NCBI GenBank assembly: GCA_043800725.1 | Contig: JAZDMR010000011.1 | Coordinates: forward strand, 21,369-85,368 | DNA: 64,000 bases | Direction: 5' to 3' | DNA from: a bacterium | GTDB lineage: Bacteria; Patescibacteriota; Patescibacteriia; HK-STAS-PATE-3 | Shown here: positions 19,021-29,294 of the stretch, piece by piece | Layout of the letters: every line of letters begins with the position of its first letter | How positions within the stretch are numbered: the stretch's first letter is position 1 | Position numbers and translations under genes: made by a program | Notes under the pieces: generated by a model | The model's input: only the letters and a program-made list of their open reading frames with translations | Told to the model about the DNA's origin: nothing | Databases searched by the model: none

Positions 19021-20562
19021 CTATTCCGTGGTTATGCGGCTGGTCGCGTCTTGGAATTGGAAGGGGTGGTCGCTATCAGCAAAGATATAGATTGATTCAG
19101 AGATAGGGGGCAAGTCGGCGTTAAACAGAATTGAAAAAAGAGTGCGAAAAGTATTAATCGGCGTGCTGGGCGCTGTCATTTGATCCGCCAGTTCAGGAGG
19201 AAGATATAAAGCGCTCAAGATGCCAGTTTTTATTTGGATCTCTTCATCGGTTGCCTCGGGCCATTTGATTTTAGTTTTTTCTTGGTAATTTTGATTCAGA
19301 AAATTCTCAGGATAAGGCCCTTCATCAGATTGTAAAATGATAATTGGGGGTGAACTGGAGTTGCTGATTACCTGGTCAACCAGGCTGATAATTTGCTGGT
19401 TGGTATAGAGAAGCTGATTAATATAATTTTCACTATTACTCCGAGTGTCCGTAATCTCTTGGGGTAGAAATTCGCCCGTAGGAGAAAAAACATATGGAGG
19501 ATGGGGTAACAGAAAGTGGGCTAGAGTAAATGTTGGTTCTGGTTTTTTGGGGATCTCCAGTAGTTGTTCAAACTGATATTGGGCATGCTGGTAGTGGGCC
19601 GGATTAGTCATTAGTAAAAGAAACCCGCCTTCATTAAAGTTGAGTTGTTCGCCAATGGCGGAAAAAAGTGAGATTCTAAAGAGCAGCATGGTAAAGTCCG
19701 AAGGCGTAAGTAGGCTGTAATTAAAATCAGCGTTGTTGTTTTGCTTAGTGCCTCCCCACCATGAACCAATATGCACATACTGGTAGTTTTGTCCTTGGAG
19801 GTAACGGCCGACTGCATGGTTTTCCAAAAGATGATAAAGCGGTCTTTTATTAGTCGCATTGATCCCGTATTTGTCTGTCAGATTTGTTAAATAACTCATA
19901 TTTAATGTTGAGCTGAGAGAATAGAGCGTAGTCGGATAATTTGAATGAGCATTTGAAGAAACAGAAAAGCCCCGGTTCTTTAGATCATCAACAAATGATT
20001 GATTATCGAAATTATAAAAACGAGTCAGATTGGCAGGACTGGCATAGCGATCAAAAACAATAAAATAAATATCCGGATTATTTACTTGCGTGGCGCTCCA
20101 ATCCGGCAAGTTGCCTAGCAAATCACTTTCTAGAGAGCGCAACTGCCAGGAACCAAACACTAAATTGATAATATTAATGCTGATTAGGATTACTGCAATA
20201 TAATTAAAAATTTTTGTAGTCTGTGTGAATTGTCGATGGGAAGAGGCAAGGTAAAAAAGTAAGAACAAGATCGCAAGCACCCAAACAACCCAGCCTATCG
20301 TTTTGGCGGCTGGCTCTGAATTGGTCGGAATAATATGCCCAAAGCTGAACGATAATAACATGAATAAAGAAACAAACAAGGCTGCTGCTTTCCATTTTCG
20401 AATGATTATGCCCAAAAACAACCAAAGCAGCAATCCTATGCCAACAAGCGCCAGCATTGGCCAAAGAGCGGTCATTAGTGATGCCTCGCCTTGGTTATTG
20501 GCCCACAAAAAAATAGCCGGGTAGCTACTTAACAGTATGACATGCAGATAAGGCTTAGTCAT
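19021..20562 (-). CDS. Membrane sulfatase-like/alkaline-phosphatase superfamily transferase
   Basis: N-terminal TMs; PDIYFIVFDRY, HFLLPHPPYVF, IILQSDEG. Confidence 0.8.
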   Translation of the reverse strand: MTKPYLHVILLSSYPAIFLWANNQGEASLMTALWPMLALVGIGLLLWLFLGIIIRKWKAAALFVSLFMLLSFSFGHIIPTNSEPAAKTIGWVVWVLAILFLLFYLASSHRQFTQTTKIFNYIAVILISINIINLVFGSWQLRSLESDLLGNLPDWSATQVNNPDIYFIVFDRYASPANLTRFYNFDNQSFVDDLKNRGFSVSSNAHSNYPTTLYSLSSTLNMSYLTNLTDKYGINATNKRPLYHLLENHAVGRYLQGQNYQYVHIGSWWGGTKQNNNADFNYSLLTPSDFTMLLFRISLFSAIGEQLNFNEGGFLLLMTNPAHYQHAQYQFEQLLEIPKKPEPTFTLAHFLLPHPPYVFSPTGEFLPQEITDTRSNSENYINQLLYTNQQIISLVDQVISNSSSPPIIILQSDEGPYPENFLNQNYQEKTKIKWPEATDEEIQIKTGILSALYLPPELADQMTAPSTPINTFRTLFSILFNADLPPISESIYIFADSDHPFQFQDATSRITTE

Positions 20563-21949
20563 GCTTCTTTTTAAGGAGATAGATAAAACGTTCGCTATCG
20601 GCCACTTGACTCTGTTTTTGGATCAACCAGCGGCTAGCAATTGCTTTTTCAAAAGAAGCTAGATGATAGTCTTTAAAAATATCCTCTCGGGCTCGGAGCA
20701 GCCTTTGGACCTGAGAATCAGACTTAGGGACAAATTCGACGATTGCCCAGTGGCCAAGCTGGCTGAGCAACTGTGAGAACATTTCCAGGGAGATGTTTTT
20801 TCCAATGCAAAGATGATGAATTAAGGCTAGAGCCAAGACAACATCTGATCGGGCGCGGTCAATAAACGATTCACGCTCAGTGTTTGCCCAGCCCAATCCA
20901 GGGCTGGGATTGGTTAGATTGATAACTAAGGGCAGTAGATTTGTCCGATTGTTATCCCGTACCCGTCGATATAATCGTTCGACCGAGTCGGAGTCGTTGT
21001 CCAGGGCGATGGTTTCCATTCCCAAGTCAGCCGCTAACTCACTAAAGACGCCGGTGTTGGAGCCCAGGTCCAGGACGGTTTGTCCTTTGGTTTTTTTCAA
21101 ATAGTCGCGGACAATTTCCTGTTTGGCTTGAAACGCCAAATCAGAATAATTAGTCATCTGATAATAGTCGCTCCAAAACGATTTATCTGAGTCCAGCTTT
21201 AATTTCTCAACAACTGTTTTTAGGTTGGCAATTAAAGCAATCAGCCTATCTTTGGTAAGTTGTTTATTCGTGGTTGAAGCTCCTTTATCAGCGTGGGTTT
21301 TTTGATTTCGAGCGTGAAGGTAAAGGTGCAGGTTCAGGCCCAAAGACAGCCTGGCCTTAGCGGGCAGCAGTTTGGTCGCTAAATCGAGGGGTAATCCGTC
21401 AGGGTAGAGGCGCAGCAGTTGCCCTAGCCGGGTACCGCGATAACTCATGAGCGCCAAGGGCGCCAGGAATTGCTCGCAGAACTGGCGATAGGCGATCCAG
21501 GGCCGCCCGGATCGATATTTGGTAAATGACAAATGGTCAATTAAAACAGGTCTGCCTGATTGAAATTGGATATTAAAAGCGCTGGCATCCTTGAGCGAAA
21601 AATCATGGTCAAGAGCTAGCAGTTGAATTTTTAAAGTTGTCAGGGCCGCATCACGAAGCATGCCCCAGGACCATTCATAAGGATAAGAGATAAATTTAAT
21701 CTGTTGAGGTTTGATTACGCAATAGGCCAGATCTGAGTCGGCTGGCGGACCATTAACTACTTGGTAGGGCAGCATCAATTCTTGTTCTATCAATAACCTT
21801 GACAAGGGATTTTCTTGAAATGCCTGAAAATCTTCTTGGCCTGCTCGGTTTATTTGTCTGAAGAATTGTCCATCCCTTTGAAACATAAAACCATTAGGAT
21901 CTCGATAAGAACCGGGGTGAGGTTGGTTGTTTTCGTTGGAGCGCTGCAC
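20555..21949 (-). CDS. NoeA-like SAM-dependent methyltransferase
   Basis: SYRDPNG, ISYPYEW, LKDASAFN, VLDLGSNTG, LALALIHHL. Confidence 0.85.
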   Translation of the reverse strand: MQRSNENNQPHPGSYRDPNGFMFQRDGQFFRQINRAGQEDFQAFQENPLSRLLIEQELMLPYQVVNGPPADSDLAYCVIKPQQIKFISYPYEWSWGMLRDAALTTLKIQLLALDHDFSLKDASAFNIQFQSGRPVLIDHLSFTKYRSGRPWIAYRQFCEQFLAPLALMSYRGTRLGQLLRLYPDGLPLDLATKLLPAKARLSLGLNLHLYLHARNQKTHADKGASTTNKQLTKDRLIALIANLKTVVEKLKLDSDKSFWSDYYQMTNYSDLAFQAKQEIVRDYLKKTKGQTVLDLGSNTGVFSELAADLGMETIALDNDSDSVERLYRRVRDNNRTNLLPLVINLTNPSPGLGWANTERESFIDRARSDVVLALALIHHLCIGKNISLEMFSQLLSQLGHWAIVEFVPKSDSQVQRLLRAREDIFKDYHLASFEKAIASRWLIQKQSQVADSERFIYLLKKKHD

Positions 21950-21953
21950 TAGT

Positions 21954-22169
21954 TTACCGTTTTATTCGAGAAAAAAGCCTACTGAAGAAATTTTTAATCC
22001 GGTGAAAAAAGACCTTGAGGGCCACCAGGCTGCCCAAAATGGTCGCCACGACAACCTGGGTGATAAAACTGCCGCTCCCCGGGTCTAAATAAGCCTGAGC
22101 CGGCCAGGCCAGCAACAAGCCGGCTAAACTGAGCAAGGCAATGCTTTTAATGTTTAGATACTGATTCAT
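21954..22169 (-). CDS. Small membrane protein (AYLDPGSGS motif)
   Basis: Signal-like N-terminus, AYLDPGSGS, TM helix, basic tail; first gene of the noeA-like/sulfatase cluster. Confidence 0.8.
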   Translation of the reverse strand: MNQYLNIKSIALLSLAGLLLAWPAQAYLDPGSGSFITQVVVATILGSLVALKVFFHRIKNFFSRLFSRIKR

Positions 22170-22512
22170 ATGTTACTCACAATATCATAGTCTGGGAAAG
22201 CAATCCAAGTTTATAAATAATGAAAACCCGCTGCATAGGAGTGGCGGCAACGGGATTTTTTTTGGGGTGTTTTTAGGGAAGGAGCATTTTTTTTGGAGCA
22301 TACCAGGTTACCTTAGTAATTAAAGATTGTCAAACGGAGCGAGGCTTTGGACAGGAGTGAAATTTTTTATGTGTCGGATATGTAGTACAGATAGTTGGAA
22401 TTAATAACCAAACTTCAATGACCAATAATCAAATTCCAAGATACAAATAACGCCCACTGAATATTAATAATTGGTAATTGGAATTTTAAATTGATAGGAG
22501 GTGATATCAATT

Positions 22513-23055
22513 ATGAAAAACAAACCGCTTTTCTTATTCATCGCTCTGGTAGGTATTTTTGGCGCAACACTCCTAGTCGCAAATGCCACCTCAGCCGCCG
22601 GGCTATTGGGCTTTGGTCACGGCGGAGAGCAAAAGCTCCAAACCACAGCTGAGATTTTGGGTACTGATGCGGAGACGCTTAAGCAAGAACTTGAGACCAA
22701 AGACTTACCTAAGATACTGGAGGACAATGGAGTAACTCAGGACGAGTTTCAAGCTCAAATGCAAGAAAAAAAACGCGCTATGCTTAAAGCGGAAGGTTTG
22801 ACTGACGAAAAAATTGGCGAGATGTTTGCTCAGCATGAAGAGCGACATCAGGCTATGCTCGAGAACAAAGCGGAGATCTTAGGCATGAGCACAGAAGAAT
22901 TAGAAAAAGCTTTAGAGGATCAGTCATGGCCAGAACTCCCGGATGAGGCAGGCGTCACTCATGTTGAGCTTCACGAAAAGATGAGTAAGCTAAAAGATGA
23001 GTTTGGCGGCAAAGGCTTTGGTCACGGTCCACCGGGCGGCTTCGATAAAACATAA
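22513..23055 (+). CDS. Secreted helical hypothetical protein
   Basis: SD AGGAGGTGA; signal peptide; internally repeated 'AEILG...L...LE' unit; terminator ~23085-23118. Confidence 0.75.
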   Translation: MKNKPLFLFIALVGIFGATLLVANATSAAGLLGFGHGGEQKLQTTAEILGTDAETLKQELETKDLPKILEDNGVTQDEFQAQMQEKKRAMLKAEGLTDEKIGEMFAQHEERHQAMLENKAEILGMSTEELEKALEDQSWPELPDEAGVTHVELHEKMSKLKDEFGGKGFGHGPPGGFDKT

Positions 23056-23137
23056 ACTACCAGCTAACCATTAATCCCCCCAAGAACCGCCTAGCTCACC
23101 CCCCCTAGCGGTTTTTGGTTTGGTTTTCCCTACACAG

Positions 23138-24109
23138 CTATTTAAGTAAAGTATTAAACTCATTCTTTCCAAATGTTGTGAATTTTTGTAGGAAAGAATT
23201 ATAATCTTTAATATCATCTGTGCGATGCTTGTCGATGCCATGTGACTTATTCCAGTAGTTCATCTCAATAATAAATAATACATAACGAACCCTGGTTAGG
23301 TCATAAAGTAAATCCAATTCTTCCGGAGAAATCTGGTGAAAATTACGATAGCCGTCGATAAAAAGTTTCGCTTGGTGGGGTTTCCAATTATATGTGAAAA
23401 TTAGCTGGCTCATTGATACAGCAATATTTTGGATATAAGGACTAAAGGCGATATCGCTAAAGTCAATAATACCACTCAGTTTATTATTACTAATAATAAT
23501 ATTATGAAGTGCGATATCATTGTGAATTAATCCTGCTGCTAATGTATCAAATAATGGTTTGATTTGACGGAAGTCATCAAAAACTTGGTTGATCATTTTG
23601 CGGTCAATATATTCAGGGAGGAAACGTACTTTATTTTCAAGTTGTAAGAACGTTTTTTCATCGAATTCGTAGTTTTGTCGTGTTTTTAAACCATCTTTGC
23701 ATATCATGAGTGCTTAATCTATTTTTCCTGCTTGCTGGCCAATTTCATACGCAATTGTATTGCTAACTTTTTGTTTGTAAGCGTTCTTGCCAGGAATATA
23801 ATCCATGGTGATTGTGATTTTATTTTTAAAAAGACAAGTTAGCTTGTTTGTTTTTGTTTTATGTACATGCGAAGTTTTACATCCGGCCTGGTAGCAGATA
23901 TTCATAACAGCAACTTCAAAGAGAATAATGTCAATATTCAGACCCTTGCCTTCAAATATTTTAATAACGTATTCGCCAGTGTCAGTTTTTATATAATAAT
24001 TAGTATTCTCGTAACCCGAAACAAACAGTTTTACTTCTAAAAGTTTGCCCAAACCGCTATATTGATTGATAATTTCCTCAAGCACTGTTTCTGAGTATTG
24101 TTGTCTCAT
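23138..24109 (-). pseudogene. Homoserine kinase II/APH-family phosphotransferase interrupted by an in-frame TAA (23714-23716)
   Basis: ORFs 23714..24109 and 23138..23707 are in the same frame (GKID*ALMICK); N-lobe SGYENTNY, catalytic IHND..HN, IIDF. Confidence 0.85.
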
Positions 24110-24225
24110 GCCAGTAGTGTAGCGTTATTTCAACGAATCTTATGAAAAAAACATTATTTGGAAAAGTGAAGGAATCGGGGCTATTCAGGCTTAACACTAA
24201 ATTTATGATATTCTAAATAACGGAT

Positions 24226-25767
24226 ATGAAGATGAAAGATTTATACTCCATAAAAAATATTCAAAAGATCAAGTGGGGCATCTTGGAAGAGAACCGCCCG
24301 ATTAGCCTGTATCCGGTTATATATCCGGGCTGGTCAGATATTATAAAGAATACCGGTAAAATCCTAGGCAAACCTCAAAAAAATATTGCCTGCCTGCATC
24401 ATAAAGATCTTGGGTACATTTTTGTTGATCATAAGGAATGGACCGCTTTAGGTAGGTATGTTTTGAAAAAAATTATTATCCGGCCGGCCTGGGGCTTATC
24501 GCTGGAAAAAAACATTCTTGGTTATTCAGACAGACTGGTGAATTTTACTGCTAAGAAAATATTTTGCGTTAACCTAAAAAAGAAAACAAACACCCAGCTT
24601 TACCGGCTATACGAAGAATATATCAGGCGGCATAGCGAACTTTATAACCAGGCGATTATCCACGTGTATCTTGATTTATACAAACCCCACCTGACAACCT
24701 ATTTAATTGAATACCTGAATAGACAAATAAAAAAGACTGCTTATAAAAGCACTGCCAAAGAAGTGTTTACTCAAATAACAGTCCCCAAAAGATTATCCAA
24801 AGTACAGCATGAAGAAATAGCCCTCTTAAAAATCGCCAGTCGCATTCGGGCTGGTAGGCGATCTCAAAAGTTCGAACGGGAAAAGCTATCAAGCAGTATC
24901 ATTCGTTCCGTTGGACAGCATATCTCGAAATACAAATACTTAGGCTTCAATTTTGAGGGTCCGCCCTTTCCTGACCAATATTTTTGGAAACGGTTAAAAG
25001 AGTTGGCGCTTGATTCAGTAAGTCCTGAGGAAAAATATGCTGCGGTTATAAATAAAAAAAAGCAAGACCGGAAAATCCAAGAATATTTCAATAACGAATT
25101 AAAAGTTGATTATAAGCATCAGCAGCTTTTTTCCATTACACGGGGCATAATTTTTACCAAAGACTATCGGAAAATGAGCCTGGTTCAATCGTATTATGAA
25201 ACTGAAAAACTTTTAATTGAAATTGGGCGGCGGGTGAATCTGAACATTCACGAAGTTCGAGAGTGCCTTTTGCATGAACTAAAGAACATGCTGATAAATT
25301 CTCAGGCCAGGCCATCTGATATAAAAAAACGAATGAGGGGTTGTTTATTTGTAATTATTGATCGCCGATTCCCGGGCAAGATTTATACAGATCAAAGATA
25401 TAGAACGATGAAAAAGTATTTGTTAAAAAAAGAAGACCTGACTGAAGTGAATTATTTTCATGGCCAAGCCGCATATTTTGGAAAAACCGAGGGGGTTATA
25501 CGAGTTATTAATACTGTGAAAGATTTAAGCAAGATGAAAATGGGGGACATTCTGGTCTCACAAATGACCAATCCAGATCTGGTGCCGGCTATTAAAAAAG
25601 CTGCGGCTATTATCACAGATATAGGCGGAGTGACTTGCCACGCCGCCATTATCAGCCGAGAGTTAAAAATTCCCTGCGTGATCGGCACCAAGATAGCCAC
25701 CAAAGTATTGAAAGATGGTGATCGGGTTATTGTTGACGCTAATCAAGGAGATGTCAGGAGGATTTAG
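24226..25767 (+). CDS. PEP-utilizing enzyme mobile (phospho-His) domain protein
   Basis: C-terminal GDILVSQMTNPD, GGVTCHAAIISRELKIPCVIGT; helical N-terminal part, no recognisable ATP-grasp domain. Confidence 0.88.
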   Translation: MKMKDLYSIKNIQKIKWGILEENRPISLYPVIYPGWSDIIKNTGKILGKPQKNIACLHHKDLGYIFVDHKEWTALGRYVLKKIIIRPAWGLSLEKNILGYSDRLVNFTAKKIFCVNLKKKTNTQLYRLYEEYIRRHSELYNQAIIHVYLDLYKPHLTTYLIEYLNRQIKKTAYKSTAKEVFTQITVPKRLSKVQHEEIALLKIASRIRAGRRSQKFEREKLSSSIIRSVGQHISKYKYLGFNFEGPPFPDQYFWKRLKELALDSVSPEEKYAAVINKKKQDRKIQEYFNNELKVDYKHQQLFSITRGIIFTKDYRKMSLVQSYYETEKLLIEIGRRVNLNIHEVRECLLHELKNMLINSQARPSDIKKRMRGCLFVIIDRRFPGKIYTDQRYRTMKKYLLKKEDLTEVNYFHGQAAYFGKTEGVIRVINTVKDLSKMKMGDILVSQMTNPDLVPAIKKAAAIITDIGGVTCHAAIISRELKIPCVIGTKIATKVLKDGDRVIVDANQGDVRRI

Positions 25768-25907
25768 GGAAAGTTTATAAAATATCGTGAAGATTTTATC
25801 ACCCTAGTAGCTATTAAAGGGGCTATTTAGTCTTGCTTTGGGTCGCAAAACCTGCTATGCTTGTACCGATTTTGTTTTATATTAGTGCTTTTTAATACCT
25901 TAAGAGG

Positions 25908-25984
25908 GGACGATTAGCTCAGTTGGTTAGAGCGCACGATTCACATTCGTGAGGTCGGAGGTTCGACTCCTCCATCGTCCACCA
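25908..25984 (+). tRNA. tRNA-Val(CAC)
   Basis: Canonical cloverleaf GGACGAT/ATCGTCC-A-CCA; anticodon loop TTCACAT. Confidence 0.96.
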
Positions 25985-25998
25985 GATAAAAAAACTAT

Positions 25999-26676
25999 AT
26001 GGAAAAAGAAAAAAACGTATCAAATCCCAAGACCGAAAAAGATGGTCCCGTAGGTGCGAAAAAAATGACCCGCCAGACTCGCAAGGACGAGTCGATCTTA
26101 CCATCTTTTGCTTCATCGGCAGGATCATTCATTATCGAGGTGGTGAAAGTAATTGTTATCGCCCTGGCCATCATCGTACCAGTGCGCTACTTTTTAATGC
26201 AGCCATTCTACGTCAAAGGCGCCTCGATGGAGCCGAATTTTCATGATAATGAGTATTTAATAATAGATGAGTTGACTTATCGATTAACAGAGCCGAGACG
26301 CGGAGAAGTGATTGTTTTTCGCAACCCGCGCAGACCATCGGAGTTTTATATCAAAAGAATAATCGGCCTGCCTTCCGAAAAGATAGAAATCAACCATGGC
26401 GAAATTACCATCACTAATAATGATTTTCCCAGCGGCTTTGTCTTATCTGAAGAAAAATATCTTCCTGAAGGGATTTACACATCCGGGAGCGAGGGCATTC
26501 AGCTTGGCGAAGGCGAATTTTATGTAATGGGGGATAATCGCGCCTCTAGCTTGGATTCGCGCAGTTTCGGAGCAATTAAAGAAGAAGAAATTATTGGCCG
26601 TATTTGGATACGAGCCTGGCCATTTCATAAAGTTCAGCATTATAGTAGACCAGAATTAACATCCGTAACCCCTTAA
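25999..26676 (+). CDS. lepB: Signal peptidase I
   Basis: GASMEP, YIKRIIGLP, GDNRASSLDSR. Confidence 0.96.
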   Translation: MEKEKNVSNPKTEKDGPVGAKKMTRQTRKDESILPSFASSAGSFIIEVVKVIVIALAIIVPVRYFLMQPFYVKGASMEPNFHDNEYLIIDELTYRLTEPRRGEVIVFRNPRRPSEFYIKRIIGLPSEKIEINHGEITITNNDFPSGFVLSEEKYLPEGIYTSGSEGIQLGEGEFYVMGDNRASSLDSRSFGAIKEEEIIGRIWIRAWPFHKVQHYSRPELTSVTP

Positions 26677-26682
26677 AACGCC

Positions 26683-28068
26683 ATGAAAAAAACGCAAGCC
26701 CAAGAAGCAGAACTTGAACCGAGGCCGACAATCAAAGGCCCTAATCTACTCAGGGGCATGAAGGATATTCTGCCCTCAGATCAGCCATATTGGAACAAGG
26801 TGCGCGACGTTGTCCGAGAAATTTCTAATCAGTATCGGTATGAAAGGATTGATACTCCCATTCTGGAAGATACTAGATTATTCATCAGAACCATTGGGAA
26901 AGACACTGATGTAGTTGAAAAGGAAATGTATGAATTTGTTGATCGGAGCGGACAGAATATTGTATTAAGACCGGAAATGTCTGCCCCGGTAGTCCGAGCA
27001 TACATTGAGCACGGACTTTTAAGCTTACCCCAGCCTGTAAAGCTTTATTATTTCGGGCCGATGTTTCGCTATGATCGGCCCCAGGCCGGACGCTATCGCC
27101 AGCACTATCAGTTTGGCTTTGAGGTTTTGGGCGCCGTCCATCCAGTCATCGACGCTCAATTAATTACTATTGCTAATCATCTATATACTCGCTTAGGTAT
27201 TCCAATCAATGTACATATCAACAGCATCGGAGATAAAGAAAGCCGGGGAGTTTATGAGAAAGCGCTAACTGATTACTATAAAAGCCGCAAGAATTCGCTG
27301 TGCGATGACTGTAAAAGGCGTTTGCAAAAAAATCCTCTGCGCTTGCTTGACTGCAAGCAGCCGGATTGCAAGGAATTATCAGTGGACGCCCCCCAAACAG
27401 TGGATTATTTAAATGAAGAAAGCCGCCAGCATTTTGTTTCTGTGCTCGAGTATCTGGATGAGCAGGAAATTGCCTATACCTTAAACCCCAAGATTGTTCG
27501 GGGGCTTGATTATTATACTCGGACTACCTTTGAAATATTTCCCGACCAGGAATCAGATGGACAGTCTTGTCAGGCTTTGGGCGGCGGCGGACGCTATGAC
27601 GATCTGATTGAGGAGCTATGCGGCCGCCCTACTCCAGGAGTTGGCTTTGCCTGCGGAGTGGAAAGGCTGGTTGCTAAATTAAAAGAACAAGAAGCCGATT
27701 TGCCAGGATTACCCGCGCCCGATGTATTTTTAGGGCAATTGGGTGATCCGGCCAGAAAGCTATGTTTAAAGCTTTTTGATGAATTGCAAGCCCAAGGAAT
27801 CGGAGTAGCTGAGAGTTTAAGTAAGGACGGCATAAAAGCCCAGCTGGAAGTGGCTGATCGTTTAGGTGCGAAGTTTGCTTTGATTATCGGCCAGAAAGAA
27901 ATGATGGACGGCACAATCTTGGTTCGCGATATGGAAAATGGAATTCAAGAGGTGGTTGATTTTAAAAGGGCAGTTCCAGAAATTCTCAAGAGGCTAACCA
28001 GAGGTAAACCAAGCGGAATTAACAAGCCTGCCGAGCAACCGGATAAAGAAGAAGATGTCTCAGGCTGA
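26683..28068 (+). CDS. hisS: Histidine--tRNA ligase
   Basis: RGMKD, LRPE, FRYDRPQAGRYRQ, RGLDYY, GGGRYD. Confidence 0.98.
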   Translation: MKKTQAQEAELEPRPTIKGPNLLRGMKDILPSDQPYWNKVRDVVREISNQYRYERIDTPILEDTRLFIRTIGKDTDVVEKEMYEFVDRSGQNIVLRPEMSAPVVRAYIEHGLLSLPQPVKLYYFGPMFRYDRPQAGRYRQHYQFGFEVLGAVHPVIDAQLITIANHLYTRLGIPINVHINSIGDKESRGVYEKALTDYYKSRKNSLCDDCKRRLQKNPLRLLDCKQPDCKELSVDAPQTVDYLNEESRQHFVSVLEYLDEQEIAYTLNPKIVRGLDYYTRTTFEIFPDQESDGQSCQALGGGGRYDDLIEELCGRPTPGVGFACGVERLVAKLKEQEADLPGLPAPDVFLGQLGDPARKLCLKLFDELQAQGIGVAESLSKDGIKAQLEVADRLGAKFALIIGQKEMMDGTILVRDMENGIQEVVDFKRAVPEILKRLTRGKPSGINKPAEQPDKEEDVSG

Positions 28069-28402
28069 ATGTATTTTTTGTAAAATTATTGATGGCTCAT
28101 TGCCCTCAACCAAGGTATATGAAGATGACCAATCATTGGCTTTTTTAGATGCAAATCCCAAAGCACCAGTTCATTTTTTAGTAATACCCAAACAGCACAT
28201 AGAAAGCTTGCCCTCAACCACCTCAGAGTCTGAAGTGCTGCTGGGTCATTTATTGGGTGTGGCGCGAGAAGTCGCAAAGAAGAAGGGGATTTCTGAGACT
28301 GGGTATAAAATCATCCAAAACGTCGGCCAAGATGGCGGCCAGGTCGTGCCCCACCTTCACTTTCATATTTTAGGCGGCCGCCAGGTTACTGGGGCAGTTT
28401 AA
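28055..28402 (+). CDS. HIT family nucleotide-binding protein
   Basis: CIFCKI, GQVVPHLHFHILGG. Confidence 0.95.
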   Translation: MSQAECIFCKIIDGSLPSTKVYEDDQSLAFLDANPKAPVHFLVIPKQHIESLPSTTSESEVLLGHLLGVAREVAKKKGISETGYKIIQNVGQDGGQVVPHLHFHILGGRQVTGAV

Positions 28403-28532
28403 TATTGTTTGACAGAACAGGGATGAAAGTGGTATATTGAAAACCGATAAATATAATTTATTAATACATTTTCAAATGAAAAATCCGCCCCCCACGGGTC
28501 TGGATTTAGCAAGGAGGTGAGACACTCTGAAT

Positions 28533-28808
28533 ATGGTAGAAGTCAAGAAAAAAGATGGTGAGTCTCTTGAGGGAATGCTCAGACGATTTACCAAAAAAGT
28601 ACAACAGAGTGGAGTACTCATTAGAGCGAAAAAAAGCAGATACTACGAACCACCAAAAAGCAAGAGAGCAATAAAAGAGAGTGCTATTCGTCGTCGGTCA
28701 ATCAAGGATCGCAACGAATTATTAAGGAAAATGGGAAAATTGCCTGAAATCGATGCACGGCATCATAGAGGACGACCAACAGGCAGTAAATTACCGTCTA
28801 CGAATTAG
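28533..28808 (+). CDS. rpsU: 30S ribosomal protein S21
   Basis: VKKKDGESLEGMLRRFTKKV...YYEPP; rpsU-yqeY synteny; promoter TTGACA(28409)-18-TATATT. Confidence 0.9.
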   Translation: MVEVKKKDGESLEGMLRRFTKKVQQSGVLIRAKKSRYYEPPKSKRAIKESAIRRRSIKDRNELLRKMGKLPEIDARHHRGRPTGSKLPSTN

Positions 28809-28817
28809 TAATTAAAT

Positions 28818-29273
28818 ATGGGGCTCCAGCAGACAATTGAAGATAACTACAAAGCAGCCTTTAAAGCTGGCCAAAAGGCTGAGGTTATCGTATTGCGTTC
28901 ACTTAAATCAGCCATGAAGAATGAAGAGATTGCGCTGAAAAAGACTGTGCTGGACGATGAAGATGTTATCAAAGTGCTTAATCGTGAAGTTAAGCGCCGT
29001 AAAGACGCTCTGGTTATGTTTCAAAAAGGCAATCGTTTAGAGCTGGCGGAAATCGAACAAATAGAAATCAATTTTCTGAAAAAGTATCTTCCCGAAGAGC
29101 TTTCAGCCGGCCAGCTTAATGAGATTATTAGTCAGGTTATTAAACAGTCAGGCGCTACGGAATTAAGCGACCTGGGAAAGGTTATGTCCCGGGTGATGCT
29201 CAAAGTGCAAGGTCGAGCTGATGGTTCGGCCATAAGCGCCGAGGTAAAAAAACAACTCAGCGGATATAAATAA
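28818..29273 (+). CDS. GatB/YqeY domain protein
   Basis: EVKRRKDA, YLPEELS, DLGKVM, GRADG. Confidence 0.93.
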   Translation: MGLQQTIEDNYKAAFKAGQKAEVIVLRSLKSAMKNEEIALKKTVLDDEDVIKVLNREVKRRKDALVMFQKGNRLELAEIEQIEINFLKKYLPEELSAGQLNEIISQVIKQSGATELSDLGKVMSRVMLKVQGRADGSAISAEVKKQLSGYK

Positions 29274-29294
29274 ATCCAGCGAGCCGTTTCTTCC

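Noticed and set aside
23708-23716. Stop-codon reassignment (e.g. code 25)
   Set aside because: The internal stop is TAA, and TAA, TAG and TGA all terminate conserved genes normally in this window.
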